From NCBI GenBank assembly GCA_024626585.2, contig JANKJI020000001.1, positions 17,659,238-17,683,353 on the forward strand: 24,116 nucleotides of DNA. The letters run 5' to 3'. The position numbers and the translations under genes were made by a program. Each line of letters starts with the position of its first letter. The first letter of the stretch is position 1. The notes beneath the pieces were generated by a model. It did no database searches and had not been told where the DNA came from. It saw only the letters and a program-made list of their open reading frames with translations. Below are positions 1 to 11,693 of this stretch, piece after piece. This stretch comes from Ginkgo biloba. Taxonomy: Eukaryota; Plantae; Ginkgophyta.

Positions 1-2980
1 TTTAATATAGAATATTCTGATTTTAATTTATTTTTTTTAAACTTTAATATTATGTTTTATTCTCCTTATTATTATTTTAAATTGTGCTTAGGTGAGTTGC
101 GATGAACAAGTGAGTCGCGCCAATTACAAGGTGCCATGATTCGCAACGTTTGGGCATAGGGGGAACGCGGGATAAAGGGGGATGTAGGATGCAGCAACAG
201 GGGGGAACGTATGACACGAGGGAAGACGCAGGACGAAATGGGGACGCAACAATGGTGGACAGTGAGGACCGGTGGCAGGGATTTAGGGCGATGACAGGGG
301 TTGCTACTTTGGAGAGGAACGAGATCACTGCAGGGGTACAAGATAGACAGGCGACAATTTTTGAGGGGCAGAGGATGATGGGGGGAACCAATGGGTGACG
401 AAAGACAACAGAGGATGGACTGAAGATAGCAAGAATGGATGAAGATATTGCAGGTGTAGAGGAAACGCAAAAATGGAGTTTAATGTTTGACGGCAAGATG
501 GAAAACAACAAGGCGTTGTTTTATTTCCCAATGCCAACCTAGTTACTGCAAGCTTGGGCGAGCGATGAGGACGTGTGAAGACAGAAGCAATGATAGAACG
601 CAGGTGATAGTAGGGAATAGGTGGATAACACGGCGACGAAATGGGGTCAACGAAGTTGGAGAGAATGCAGTGACCGAGGTGATGCTAGTCGATGAATGAA
701 TATATATATATAATTTATTTATTTATTTTAAATTTATTTATTTTTTATTATTTATTAATTTATTAAAAATTTAAAAATTAAAATTTATTTACCAGTGGGT
801 CGCAATAGATCTGAATGTCATAGAAACAATTCCAAGGTGTACATCAAAACGCATCTAAGTTATTATTAACAGTTTGCAGAAATAATAATTTGTAATTTAT
901 ACATACACTCAACAACACTACCCTCTAAAGATTGTGTGAAAATCCAAACGAGATTCGACTTAGCTAATCAACCATTATACTAGTACTAAAACATGAATGA
1001 TAAAAAAATTAGAAATAAAAATATGCATGGAATAATTAACGATGGATGGTTGTGCTCATTCAATTATTTAGTTAAAACAAGTTGACATTAAGCCTTTAAA
1101 TTGTCATATCTAAAGCAAAGCACCGATAACAAGTATTTAACAATTAACGGGCTGTGTCCATGATAAATGCAGGTAGAAAATGGCATGTTCAAAAGCAAAA
1201 TCGGGCTACATCAATGCCAAGAGACGTTTGAGGTTACGACTCTACATTCGTGCCGTGTCAACATTTGAATCTTTGGAGGCACAACATTTTGGAACCTCAC
1301 CAGATTGGATTAGTTTTATACTCATAATTGTTTTATCTTGGCGGTGCATGAGATTACCTTTTATGGTCTACGGCACTAAACTGTGTGTTCACTAGCATCA
1401 AGACGGTTCGTTCACTCGTTCCATATTTAGATTGATTTTGACTAAGAAATGTATTTCAATTTTGAATAGTATTTCAACAAAGACAAGAAGCGCTGTCTTT
1501 ATAGACAATCAATATTTGCTGTATTCTTTGATATCTGTACATAACGTTAAATGGTTGAAAGCCCGGGCAACTTTTAGTCTATCAGCCAACATTACAATAT
1601 GAGCTGAGTTGTTCATGTATTTGACAAATTTATCATTGGATTCACGGAAGCACGTTTTGAATATGAAACAAAGGTTCAAATTACTAACAAAATTATACAT
1701 GGAATATAGAAGAATATAAAGACAAATTTACTGTTCCAAACCGCCACCGAATTTGAATCTAAATATTGATATATTCGAAGTCTGCATGACAGCAGAGTGT
1801 CATGTATATACAAAACCTCAAGTCTAGGCCATATGTAACTAAAGTTGTCCCTTTGTATATCAATATAATGACTTTCAAGAACAAAAGAATACACAAGTAA
1901 TTTCTGTTGCAAAAGGCACAGTTCCTTAGATGCACCTCGGTGGTACCCAGCTCTTATAACAAAACGGTTGAATGCCTATGATATTTGCAGACTACAGTCT
2001 GACTCTGAAGTGGGAATGCCATTTCAGACAGAGTAGTGTAATTTATGCGCATTTTTCAAGGCAAAGGATTAAGATCAATCCATCACATTTTTTATAATCA
2101 TGTTGAAGCTTTTTCATATCGAATCTCTCTCAGATTTAATTGGGTTTCAAATATAGCTTTTATTTTGACAGCCTTGTCATGCCAAAAAACGAGTTTTCCA
2201 ATACTCTTAGTTTTGATGTATGTACAAAACCTAGACAACTGAACTGGCCATATTGCTGGCGCCTGGCGTGTGCAGTTTTCTTGAAGTTATCGTGAATGCC
2301 AACGGGAAGCACATCAGAAATGATAATGTTATCCCTTTTTGAAGCATGTATTTGATGAAGCATGCTTTACATAATAAACAGACATGCAGTGTCCAGATTC
2401 ACTAGTGCATTACAAATTTTGTAGAGTGGGAGTTCAGTCTTTACGCTAGGTCCAAAATGGAACTGTGAGAAAGGCACAAACCAACTTTGCAGTTCCAGCT
2501 TCCTAAGTACGCATTCTGTTGTAAATGTTGAAAAGCTATTTACAGTTTTTCGCCTTTTATTGTGAGCTGAAATGTGCAAAAGGCTATTTACAATTTGAAT
2601 GGCGACGATGTGCGAAACATAGTTAAGTTGGAATTGACTAACCAAATAGTGCACCAGAAATCTGTCGGCATCGAGGAAGGGTCAAAGATGGAGCGATTAA
2701 AAGTGCATCTGAACTCTGGAGAATCGAGTACTTAATGCAGCTATTTACCAAGTCATCGCGATGTCCCCACCTTCATAAATCTTTCTGCAAAATCATGGGC
2801 ACACTATCATTAATGCTCAAGATCTTTCTCAATTGAACGGTGAATTGTAGCTTTTAAGACCGATGTTTTTCAAAAAGAAAAATAATGAGAGAGATACCTC
2901 TGTGGAGAATAAGAAAGCACAGCCGGTAAAAACGATTGGTTCCTCCAGAATTCTCCCTCCAGCTTTGTAAATAACAGTGG

Positions 2981-3028
2981 CTATCTTGGATGTGGAGAGC
3001 CCAGGGTTTCCGAGAATACAGGTGACGG
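2981..3028 (-). CDS. SYMRK: SYMRK extreme C-terminus and native stop
   Basis: PSPVFSETLGSPHPR* immediately after gap 3029-3128. It resembles the Ser/Thr/Pro-rich ...PxPR* ending I recall for SYMRK proteins. Confidence 0.7.
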   Translation of the reverse strand, partial: PSPVFSETLGSPHPR

Positions 3029-3128
3029 NNNNNNNNNNNNNNNNNNNNNNNNNNNNNNNNNNNNNNNNNNNNNNNNNNNNNNNNNNNNNNNNNNNNNNNN
3101 NNNNNNNNNNNNNNNNNNNNNNNNNNNN

Positions 3129-3345
3129 ATTTCTGCACAATTACCACATTGGAAATCCGTCCATTTCATCATTAGATCCAAGCAATTGCAACCATCTACA
3201 ACATAAACTAGCCCGGTGGCCAATTGGCTTGCTTGGAACCCCCTTTTAGGTTGCTAGTACTAAGAAAATATAGTAGAGTTACAAGGATTAAAACCTAAAA
3301 CTCTCTCTCTAACTCAATGGCGATCCCTCCTACAAGCTTCTCCCT
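3129..3345. mobile_element. Foreign insertion within SYMRK terminal exon (family unresolved)
   Basis: Kinase homology is lost abruptly with no good splice donor. The insert starts purine-rich (AGGGAGAAG...GAGAGAGAG on minus), and its other end is hidden in a gap. Confidence 0.55.
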
Positions 3346-3441
3346 TTCCACAATCCTCCACATTGCTTCTGGTGTGTAGCTTGTGCTGATCACTGGATCA
3401 ACTACAGCATCAATATTTGATTCTTGAATGAAAGGTTTTGC
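3346..3441 (-). CDS. SYMRK: SYMRK terminal exon, 5' part (interrupted)
   Basis: TTGCAG acceptor at 3442, phase 0 matching the previous exon: AKPFIQESNIDAVVDPVISTSYTPEAMWRIVE. It then reads non-homologous REKLVGGIAIELEREF* (TAG at 3295-97). Confidence 0.92.
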
Positions 3442-6031
3442 CTGCAAGATACGGACATCTGCTTATGAAATGAAGCAATAATTTAAAGACCCCAAAAGAT
3501 TACATGTAATCTAGACCATCAATCAACATATGCAACTCAATTAGACTCCAGCTAGATGAAGTGATAAAAACCAGGATGCAACATAAAAAGAATTGTATAT
3601 ATCTAAGAAGCTTCCCAAGATCATAAACTTGGCCATATGGTGACATGCGTAACTTTACAATATGCGCCTTTGAAAGGCTGTATTTGTACAAATACAGTGA
3701 CTGTCTTCCTTCGTGTGAAAACACAGCCTTACTTTCAACATAAGAACAAAAGGGTAGGAGTCTGAGGTTTCAAGCATTCGCTATAGATTGAACTCCTTTA
3801 GAAGCACAAAAAAGAGGGGTTTGATGTCCCCAGTGATGGTCATTTGATGATCAAAGGGGACGTGAATGATTGGCTTCCTTTTTTCTTGCGTATTTTGGGA
3901 TTTCAGCATTGTCTGGAAACAAGCAGCCAACTGCAAGCCATCAAAGTGTCAATTGAATCAAGAACAGGTAACCGTGAATTGGTCCCATTGCCTGAAGTAC
4001 CACCATCTTTTCAAGGATCTAAAACCAACTCCTTAGAACTATAAAATTTAGGGAAAAAAATTGCCAACACATCACTTAATCAACCAATATACTTTTATTA
4101 TAGAAGATCATTATCCTAATCTTGTTTGCTAAAATTAATTTCATTTAAAGAGTTATATCTATGCGTGCATGCATGTACACATGCTTGTCCATATATGTTC
4201 ATGCCTATTGAAAATCATATACTGATCCCACTCAAAAAATTTATATCAACCCCACTTAAAAGATATATAATAAAATATTTTAGTATTATTTATTATTTAT
4301 AGAAAATTAATTCAAATGGACATTTTCTTATTTTAAATATAGTTATAATAAATCCAAACGGTAGGCATTTATGTTTGTTAAGAATAATACATATTAATTA
4401 TAATAATAAAATAAATTAATAGTTAGGACNNNNNNNNNNNNNNNNNNNNNNNNNNNNNNNNNNNNNNNNNNNNNNNNNNNNNNNNNNNNNNNNNNNNNNN
4501 NNNNNNNNNNNNNNNNNNNNNNNNNNNNNTCAGTGAATTTCAGTTTGAACATAGATCAGTATCTAATGGAGGACCACAATCAACTTCGAAAAGAAGTAAA
4601 GAAAATGCATGAAGAAAGAAGGAATGCACGTGGACAGTTGTCAGGAATGACAAGGTCCTAATAAAGGATAAAACGCAAAAATAGGATCAGAATCTAGGGG
4701 GTTGAAGTTACTAGCATGGACTTGCCACAGTTCCCCATGGCAAAAAGGACCAAGGCTTTCNNNNNNNNNNNNNNNNNGCTTTCAGAAATTCCTCCCAACG
4801 TGTCATATTACTAACAAATTTACAAGGATAAGTCAAAACATCACTATCAAAAATAAGAGCTGCACAAAGTGTAATGAGTCAATGACCCTTGTTGTATCTA
4901 CTATAAGAACACAATGATGATCGAAATCTAACACCTATCTTTTGGTGAGTTGGTTCAAGATACTTCAAGACGAAAATTCCATAGTCAAGCATGCTCACCC
5001 TAGAGTTAAATGAAGAATTAGGTGATATTTCATTGCAAGTATAAAACAACTACCTTAAAAATTTGTACATCTCAAACACAATTAGAACCATTCCCACTCC
5101 TGGTAAGAGAGGAGTATCCGCTATAGAGGATCTAATGTAAGTGGAAACTGAAAAAATACTTTCTATTGGCAAAGCAAGGGCAATTTCAAAGGCTTCCAAG
5201 CAAATTACCTAAAAATCAGCCTAGACTCATATAAGGACACCGTTGTAAACAACTTCAACATAACATTGAAAAGGGTTTGTCTGCAAAATAGACCAAAAGC
5301 CTAATCATAACTGTTTTTAAAGTAGAGACAAAAATAACCAAGGAAGAATACAAGTTAGCGTGGTAATTATTTTGGGACTCACTTATCTAGGGGAGATGAG
5401 AAATGGAATAATATATTTATAGAATCCTATTAGGTGAGGATTGATTCTAGAGAAACTATAAAAATGACAAGTAGATTAGAATTTTTTAAGAACACATGGG
5501 AGGAAACAAGAAATACAATCATATTGGGAGATGACATAGTTCAAAATGCTTAAGAGATTGGGTAAGTTCCTATCATCACATCGAAGGGAGAAAAAGGATA
5601 ATATATGGATTATATTCTTGATGTATCTAATTTGATGGCCAATCTTATCTCTATAGCATAGGATGAATAACAAAACATGAGTGTTCTTTTTTAGTACGAT
5701 AAATGTACTATTTAAGATATAAAAAATAAGGTGGTATCATAGGTACTAGAGAATAAAAAATGTATAAATTGAATGGAATATATAAAAATTAGAGATCCTT
5801 CAATGCTATATCCCAAAAATAAAAGTTTTGGCTTGAAATAATGGGNNNNNNNNNNNNNNNNNNNNNNNNNNNNNNNNNNNNNNNNNNNNNNNNNNNNNNN
5901 NNNNNNNNNNNNNNNNNNNNNNNNNNNNNNNNNNNNNNNNNNNNNNNNNNNNNNNNNNNNNNNNNNNNNNNNNNNNNNNNNNNNNNNNNNNNNNNNNNNN
6001 NNNNNNNNNNNNNNNNNNNNNNNNNNNNNNN

Positions 6032-6170
6032 TGTCAACTTCAGTCTAGGTATGAAACTCAAGTTAAGGAGGCATTGATCATCATCGTCATCGTCGTCTTC
6101 TATTCATGTAACTTAAAGTATAGGTATAGAGAATTGTGTGACTTTCGACAACAAGGGGACCGTACAACAA
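6032..6170 (+). repeat. Partial 5' LTR of the chromovirus
   Basis: 6050-6075 matches 11445-11470 at 22/26. It shares a (TCA)n-like tract, and 6129-6166 resembles 11551-11589. Confidence 0.75.
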
Positions 6171-9100
6171 GTGTGGAGAAGAAAATTGTAATAGTAGTTC
6201 AATGCTCCATGATTGCATCTAAGGAACATTTGGAAGCTAAAAACAAGCAACTAAAGGAGAGATTAGCTAAACTTGAACAAATGCCAAAAGAATGCATTGA
6301 TGGTTAATAACGTGTGAAAGAATATACAAGGAGAATGAAAGAAGGCCTAAGAAAGATTCCTATGGCCAATGACAAAGAACATCTAGAAAAAGGTAAACCA
6401 AAGTCTAACAAAATTATTGAAGGACATGATACTAACCCTGAAGCACTAAATGAAAGACCCAATTAAGAAGTGAGGAAGAAAAGAAGGATTGGAAGAGGTT
6501 GGAAAACACCAAAAACTTAGGTCTATCGTTGTTATCTTGAAGTTTCATAGTAAGGACAGGTGCAAAATTCAAATCCTAGATCCATGTTGTAGAAGATTAG
6601 TTTTGAAGCATTTGAAATAGAACCTAGGAAGAAATTGTTCATGGCTAGCTTGTTTTAAAGCGCAAATAGGGTAGAGTGGAATTGGCACTTAAGTTCTCTC
6701 AGGCCTTAGGGAACCTGTTCAATCTTGGGAACAATTTAAAGCCTTGAGGACAAAGAATAATAGGATGGGTGCTCTTACCTAGATAACACACTAGAAACAA
6801 CATGAGCCGCTAGTAGATTATGGTTAAAGAATGCAAGGTATTGCTAGAATTCATGAAATGACAGAAGAACATTAGGGGCATCACATTGCGTAATGGATAA
6901 AACCTACAATTACAAGTTAGAGATATATGCATTCTCCTTTGTAGTAATAATACGATTCAACAATATCATCATTGTATTCTTTCCATTGATAATGTTCTTT
7001 AGTGGATTATTGAGGAGTCTTCCAACCCAATTTAACACATATATAAAACCATTGTGTTTGGTTCCCAAACTAGATGGATAATAATTGTGTTAAATTTAAC
7101 AAAAGACATGCGTTTGATAGTTTATCAATTTTGGAAAATGATCTAGATAAGTTTTTTCATAATAAATTAGAATCTAAAATGTGAAGGGTACCCTTTGTTC
7201 AACAAAAAATATATGATGCAACTTATATATATTTAAGTATTAATCTCATAATACTTATAAATATTTTTTTATCATTGGTGCCATAGGGAGAATGATAAAA
7301 TCATGTGATTTATATGTTCCATTGGATATTATATTATATCATCATTTAAAAATAGAAACATAGACAAATGTATACGAATAAAGTAAAAATACCAAAAAAA
7401 GTTAAAAAAAAGAAAGAAACATGCCATAATATTATGGTATAATTTTTGGTGCATGTTATAACCATTTCCACAAGAGGCTTAATCATATAATAGTTGTATC
7501 AAATTTGGGAAGAAGATAAAGAAAAATATTACTTGATAACATTAGATACATATATTACATACTAAAAAATAAATACTTCATGTACATTTTTAATAGTAAG
7601 GTTGTGTGTGGGCGTGATATATATATATATATTTCTCCTNNNNNNNNNNNNNNNNNNNNNNNNNNNNNNNNNNNNNNNNNNNNNNNNNNNNNNNNNNNNN
7701 NNNNNNNNNNNNNNNNNNNNNNNNNNNNNNNNNNNNNNNTGTAGGGAAAAGGACTTTAGGGTTTTCTTTGCTGAGAGAAGGCCAATGAAGCCCATGAATG
7801 TCCTCAATGAAGAAACAATATTGTTGATAGTAAGAAGAAACCCTAGAAAGGTAGTATTTGTCGTGTATAGATGCAAAGTCGCTAAAAGGTTATTCCCAAA
7901 TTTTAGGTTACGTCAAGATGCCTATGAAGAATTCGTAGACATAGAATCACTTGGATTAGAGGAAAAAAAGGCTAAGATCATAATAGACAATAGTTTTACC
8001 CATGACTTCACATGAACTAAGTTTGCGAAGAAAATATCTTGAAAGCCATTGAAACAAATTAGAGTCTAAGAGATGGAAAATTGTGAAGGTATACAACATT
8101 GGGATCAAATGACAAACCAAATACCTCCACCATTTAGGAGTATAATGATAATCTAAACTTTGACTTTATCCACTTCAAAAGATATGATGCTATATTAGAG
8201 TAAAAATGGCGGGGCATTAGATGCACGTATTTTTTTTAGAGAGCAATTGCTCGATGTCTCCCATGAAGAAAAATAGATTAGATTGCAAAAATATCATGAT
8301 CTGAAACAAATACTAATTGTCTCCTAAATTCATCTTAAGAGAGTAGTAAGGGATAAGTATATTGTTTCTATGCAATTTTCATCGAGGAAGTAGAAAAACA
8401 AAAATAAAGGATAATAGGGAATCAACTTTGCTAATAAAACCATTGCTATAGGAATATAACAATGTGTTTCCCGAAAAAATACCTAGTGGGTTACGTATGC
8501 ATAGGAATGTAGATCATCAAATCGAATTAGAATTGGGATCTAAACCCAATTGTAGATTGTTCTATAGGTTAAATCATACAGAAAAGAAGTCATCCAAAGA
8601 CATTTGGAGAAATGTTGGCAAGAGATTTAATACTGTAAACTTCGAAATTACCTTTTTGGGCTCTTGTATTATTGGCAAAGAAAATGGATGGGTCAATAAG
8701 AATGTGTGTTAATTACCATTCTCTAAATAAACTAGCTATAAAGGATAAACACACCTTGCCTCCATATTGATGACTACTAGATGCTACACATGGCCCAAGA
8801 CCTAACCAATGATAATTTTAAGGAATCATATTTTTTGGCTAGTGTAATATTTTTGGCGAATTCATTTTATCCTAAAATTTTATTATATATAAATTTCACA
8901 AAAGTATTTACGAAACTATCAAGTTTATTCTATTTTTATGTATTTATACAAAATTTGGCGAATATTCTAATTAANNNNNNNNNNNNNNNNNNNNNNNNNN
9001 NNNNNNNNNNNNNNNNNNNNNNNNNNNNNNNNNNNNNNNNNNNNNNNNNNNNNNNNNNNNNNNNNNNNNNNNNNAGATCTAGGAAAAGAATTGTTATTTG

Positions 9101-10024
9101 TTGTTTTCAGTTCTTTGCACATGTTCTAGATTTGCATGCATTCATTAATCATAGAAAAAATAAGCATTATTCCCCTAATGATTAAATATTCATAAAGTAT
9201 TAAATCATAAACATGATATTGTATCATCGACCAAAACTTCAAACAAACAGTAGTGACCAAGTCATATTACAAAAAGTAATAATAACATATGGTAATACAT
9301 GAAAACCTAACTTCGGTTGAAATGATAAAAAATATTATTATATTTTAGTTTGTATCCTTTCAAAAACTCAAATATAGAAGAATAATTTATATTAAAACCT
9401 TAAATTAAAGGAGTCATTACATGCATATTATTCTTTTAGGTACCATAATAAGGATTTTATAATCTTAATAACTAAAAGCCTTAAGACTGGGAATTTCACC
9501 TATTAAGATAAAGTAAATATATGTTAACCAAAATTATATTAATTAATAATAATTTAATCAAAAGGAATTGAGGAATATGTTGAGAGTTAAAAAATAGCAT
9601 AAAATATCTTATTCACTTCAAAAATTTAAGTTAGTAAGTTGAGATCTTTTGAGACCACTGACAAAGGTTTAATTTAACTATAATTTAGTAAAAATATCTT
9701 AGTTAAATTCTTCCATAAAATAGTATAAGTAAACAATTTTCTTAGGGGTTAGGTAATAATTTAATTAATCCCATTAGACAACGCATTGTAAAATGCGAGC
9801 CAATTTCAAATTGAATCCCAAAAGCAAAATACCGGAAGGGCAGGCAAGGAAAGAAATCTGCGTCTTGCGAGCTACCAATACAAACTTTCTCGCAAAACCC
9901 TGATACCTCCCCTCTCTATTTGCTTTGCATGTACGCTAAATCAGAGCTTATTGTTGGCAGCTATGAGATTCATCTACAAACAGGGCTTCTCAAAATGCAG
10001 TATTAAGCAGCAGATTCCAAGCAT

Positions 10025-10158
10025 ATGGCTCCATCAAATGGCTTGAAGCAAACCGATATTACTTCGTTCTTGAAGCCCTCTGCTAAGAAAACATCCGATG
10101 TTTTTACACCGATTCGACTTGAGGGCTCCCAAGATTGTTCAGATGGCCACGACGATAG
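10025..10158 (+). CDS. CTF7: CTF7/ECO1-like cohesin acetyltransferase gene fragment, coding exon 1 (PIP box)
   Basis: MAPSNGLKQTDITSFLKPSAKK...GHDD followed by an AG|GT donor at 10159. QTDITSFL fits the QxxIxxFF PIP box, and 'QxxIxSFFKPS' is how I recall plant CTF7 N-termini. Confidence 0.72.
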
Positions 10159-10330
10159 GTCTGGACAGTTTTCAGTTTCAAATTTACTCTGCTTTAAATC
10201 TTTAAAATGTCTCAATGTTGTCTAAAGTAAATACTTGATGCATAACTGTTACTGTTGGATTTGTCTCTGATGACTGGATAGATCTTTCCAATGACTGAAT
10301 AGATCGTTCATTCATGGCATTGAATTTCAG

Positions 10331-10438
10331 TATCAGAACTGGAGCTGCAGCTGCTTGGTTGTCTGGTATGGACTCTGTTCATGCTAGGGAAATTCCCGTG
10401 ACTTACCAAAGGCGTACTTCAAAGTCTAGCAAAAAGAG
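10331..10438 (+). CDS. CTF7: CTF7/ECO1-like gene fragment, coding exon 2
   Basis: TTTCAG acceptor and AG|GTATG donor, in frame with exon 1: (S)IRTGAAAAWLSGMDSVHAREIPVTYQRRTSKSSKK(R). The W...I.TYQRR motif matches the recalled plant CTF7 N-terminus. No zinc-finger or acetyltransferase exons are visible. Confidence 0.72.
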
Positions 10439-11248
10439 GTATGGAAATTAACACTCTGGTAGCAAGTTTATCAGATAGCACGGTCGAAAAATTGTTAAGA
10501 AGAAAAGTAAAATATGCAATAATTCGGGATAGAAAAGCGATGCTAGAAAAGTTTCCGAAGAAAAGCAAAACAAATGGAAGGAACCATCACCTTTTGTAGA
10601 ATTCTATTATAATAGCATTGAGTCACAAGTATGACTTCCTTTAGGGCAATGCATTGCTATGACCCTTCAATCCTACTAGACATTTACATAAACACATATA
10701 TAATGGAAAAACCCAATTGTCTTTTAAAATGTTGGAAGATATGCAAAATTAAATACACCTATGTAAAGCTAATATGGATAGAGTTCAAAGTGATGCTAAA
10801 ATATATGTTGCACAAAATAGAACCCTAAGATCTCTTCAAATTGGAGATATAGAGATAAATCAAATAGTAACTTGTCTATAAGTAAGAGTACAAAATTACC
10901 TCCTAGATTTATGACCCAATAAATATAGGTAAGAAATTAAATGTATCAAAATTATGTTAGAATTTCCCCCACATATGAATGTTCAACCAATATTTCATGT
11001 AAGCTTTCTTAAAAAGTCTCTATCAAGTTTTGATTACAAAATACTTGAATATATGGAGGTAAAGGAAACTGGATGAGATGCAAGTGACCTTGTAAGAAAT
11101 TTGGACACAAGAGTAAGAAGACTATGAATAGAGAGAGAGAGTTGAATATTTGATTAAACCTAAAGAAGAAGCAACTTGGGACCCAAAAGCCTTTGTTAGA
11201 GAATTCTTTTTCAATGAGGACAATGATGTCTAGAGGACAAGGAGAGAA

Positions 11249-11693
11249 CATACACACTATAGGTTAGGGTTAGCACTAACCTAGGTGAGTTATAGTTGAC
11301 TAAGCAAAAGACAAGGTGGGCCCAGAAGAATATCCTATCAAGAAGATGAGAAGGTAGATGAGTCCCACTATTAACCAAGACACTCTACAAGGAAGACCAA
11401 TCAAACCTAACGATAACCCCAATAAACATTGACTCAAGTCCCGTTATGAAATCTAAGTTAAGAAGGCATTTACTATCTATATAAGGACCCTCCAAGGTCA
11501 TTTCATCATCATCATCATCTTAAAATGATGTGATTATGAGGACAAGAAAAGAGAATTGAGAGAATTTTCTACAACAAGGAGCCCATACAGGAATTGTACA
11601 AGATTAATTCAAGGTTCCTAAAGGTGTAGAATTATAACATTAGTTCTTAATATTTTTGGTATGCACGTCATATAGTTTCACTCACATGCAACA
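11249..11693 (+). repeat. 3' LTR of the chromovirus
   Basis: Follows the chromodomain and purine tract, contains CTATATAAGG (TATA-like, ~11477), ends ...GCAACA, and is homologous to 6032-6170. Boundaries are approximate. Confidence 0.7.

Larger units (their letters stand above)
6032..11693 (+). mobile_element. Degenerate Ty3/gypsy chromovirus LTR retrotransposon, internally interrupted
   Basis: Ordered remnants: LTR piece (6032-6170), gag-like (6209-6880), protease (AKIIIDNSFTHDF ~7971-8009; YDAILE*KW ~8183-8209), RT N-terminus (VFPEKIPSGL..DHQIELELG, VLLAKKMDGSIRMCVNYHSLNK; 8440-8785), integrase (VEFYYNS, MTSFRAMHCYDP, KLPPRF, VQPIFHVSFLKK; 10560-11016), chromodomain (EILDTRVRRL, VEYLIK, EEATWD; ~11095-11185), purine tract ~11232-48, 3' LTR. 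Many stops and frameshifts. Confidence 0.85.

Noticed and set aside
72-699. Five overlapping ORFs of 70-144 aa
   Set aside because: By-product of purine-skewed low-complexity sequence; no domain or splice structure.
2854-3028. Alternative frame ALHIQDSHCYLQSWRENSGGTNRF resembling the SYMRK 'GGSNR' tail segment
   Set aside because: It overlaps and extends beyond the frame giving the better terminal match PSPVFSETLGSPHPR*; treated as chance.
3346-3351. GTGGAA as donor of a novel intron explaining the break in the last exon
   Set aside because: Poor donor consensus, and homology (V-E) continues past the GT. Not fully excluded.
3824-3996. TGATGA ... CTGA and GTCCCC/GGGGAC stem as a C/D snoRNA
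   Set aside because: Boxes are not paired with a terminal stem in the correct geometry.
4530-5845. Possible retroelement/LTR remnant
   Set aside because: No motif I could identify with confidence.
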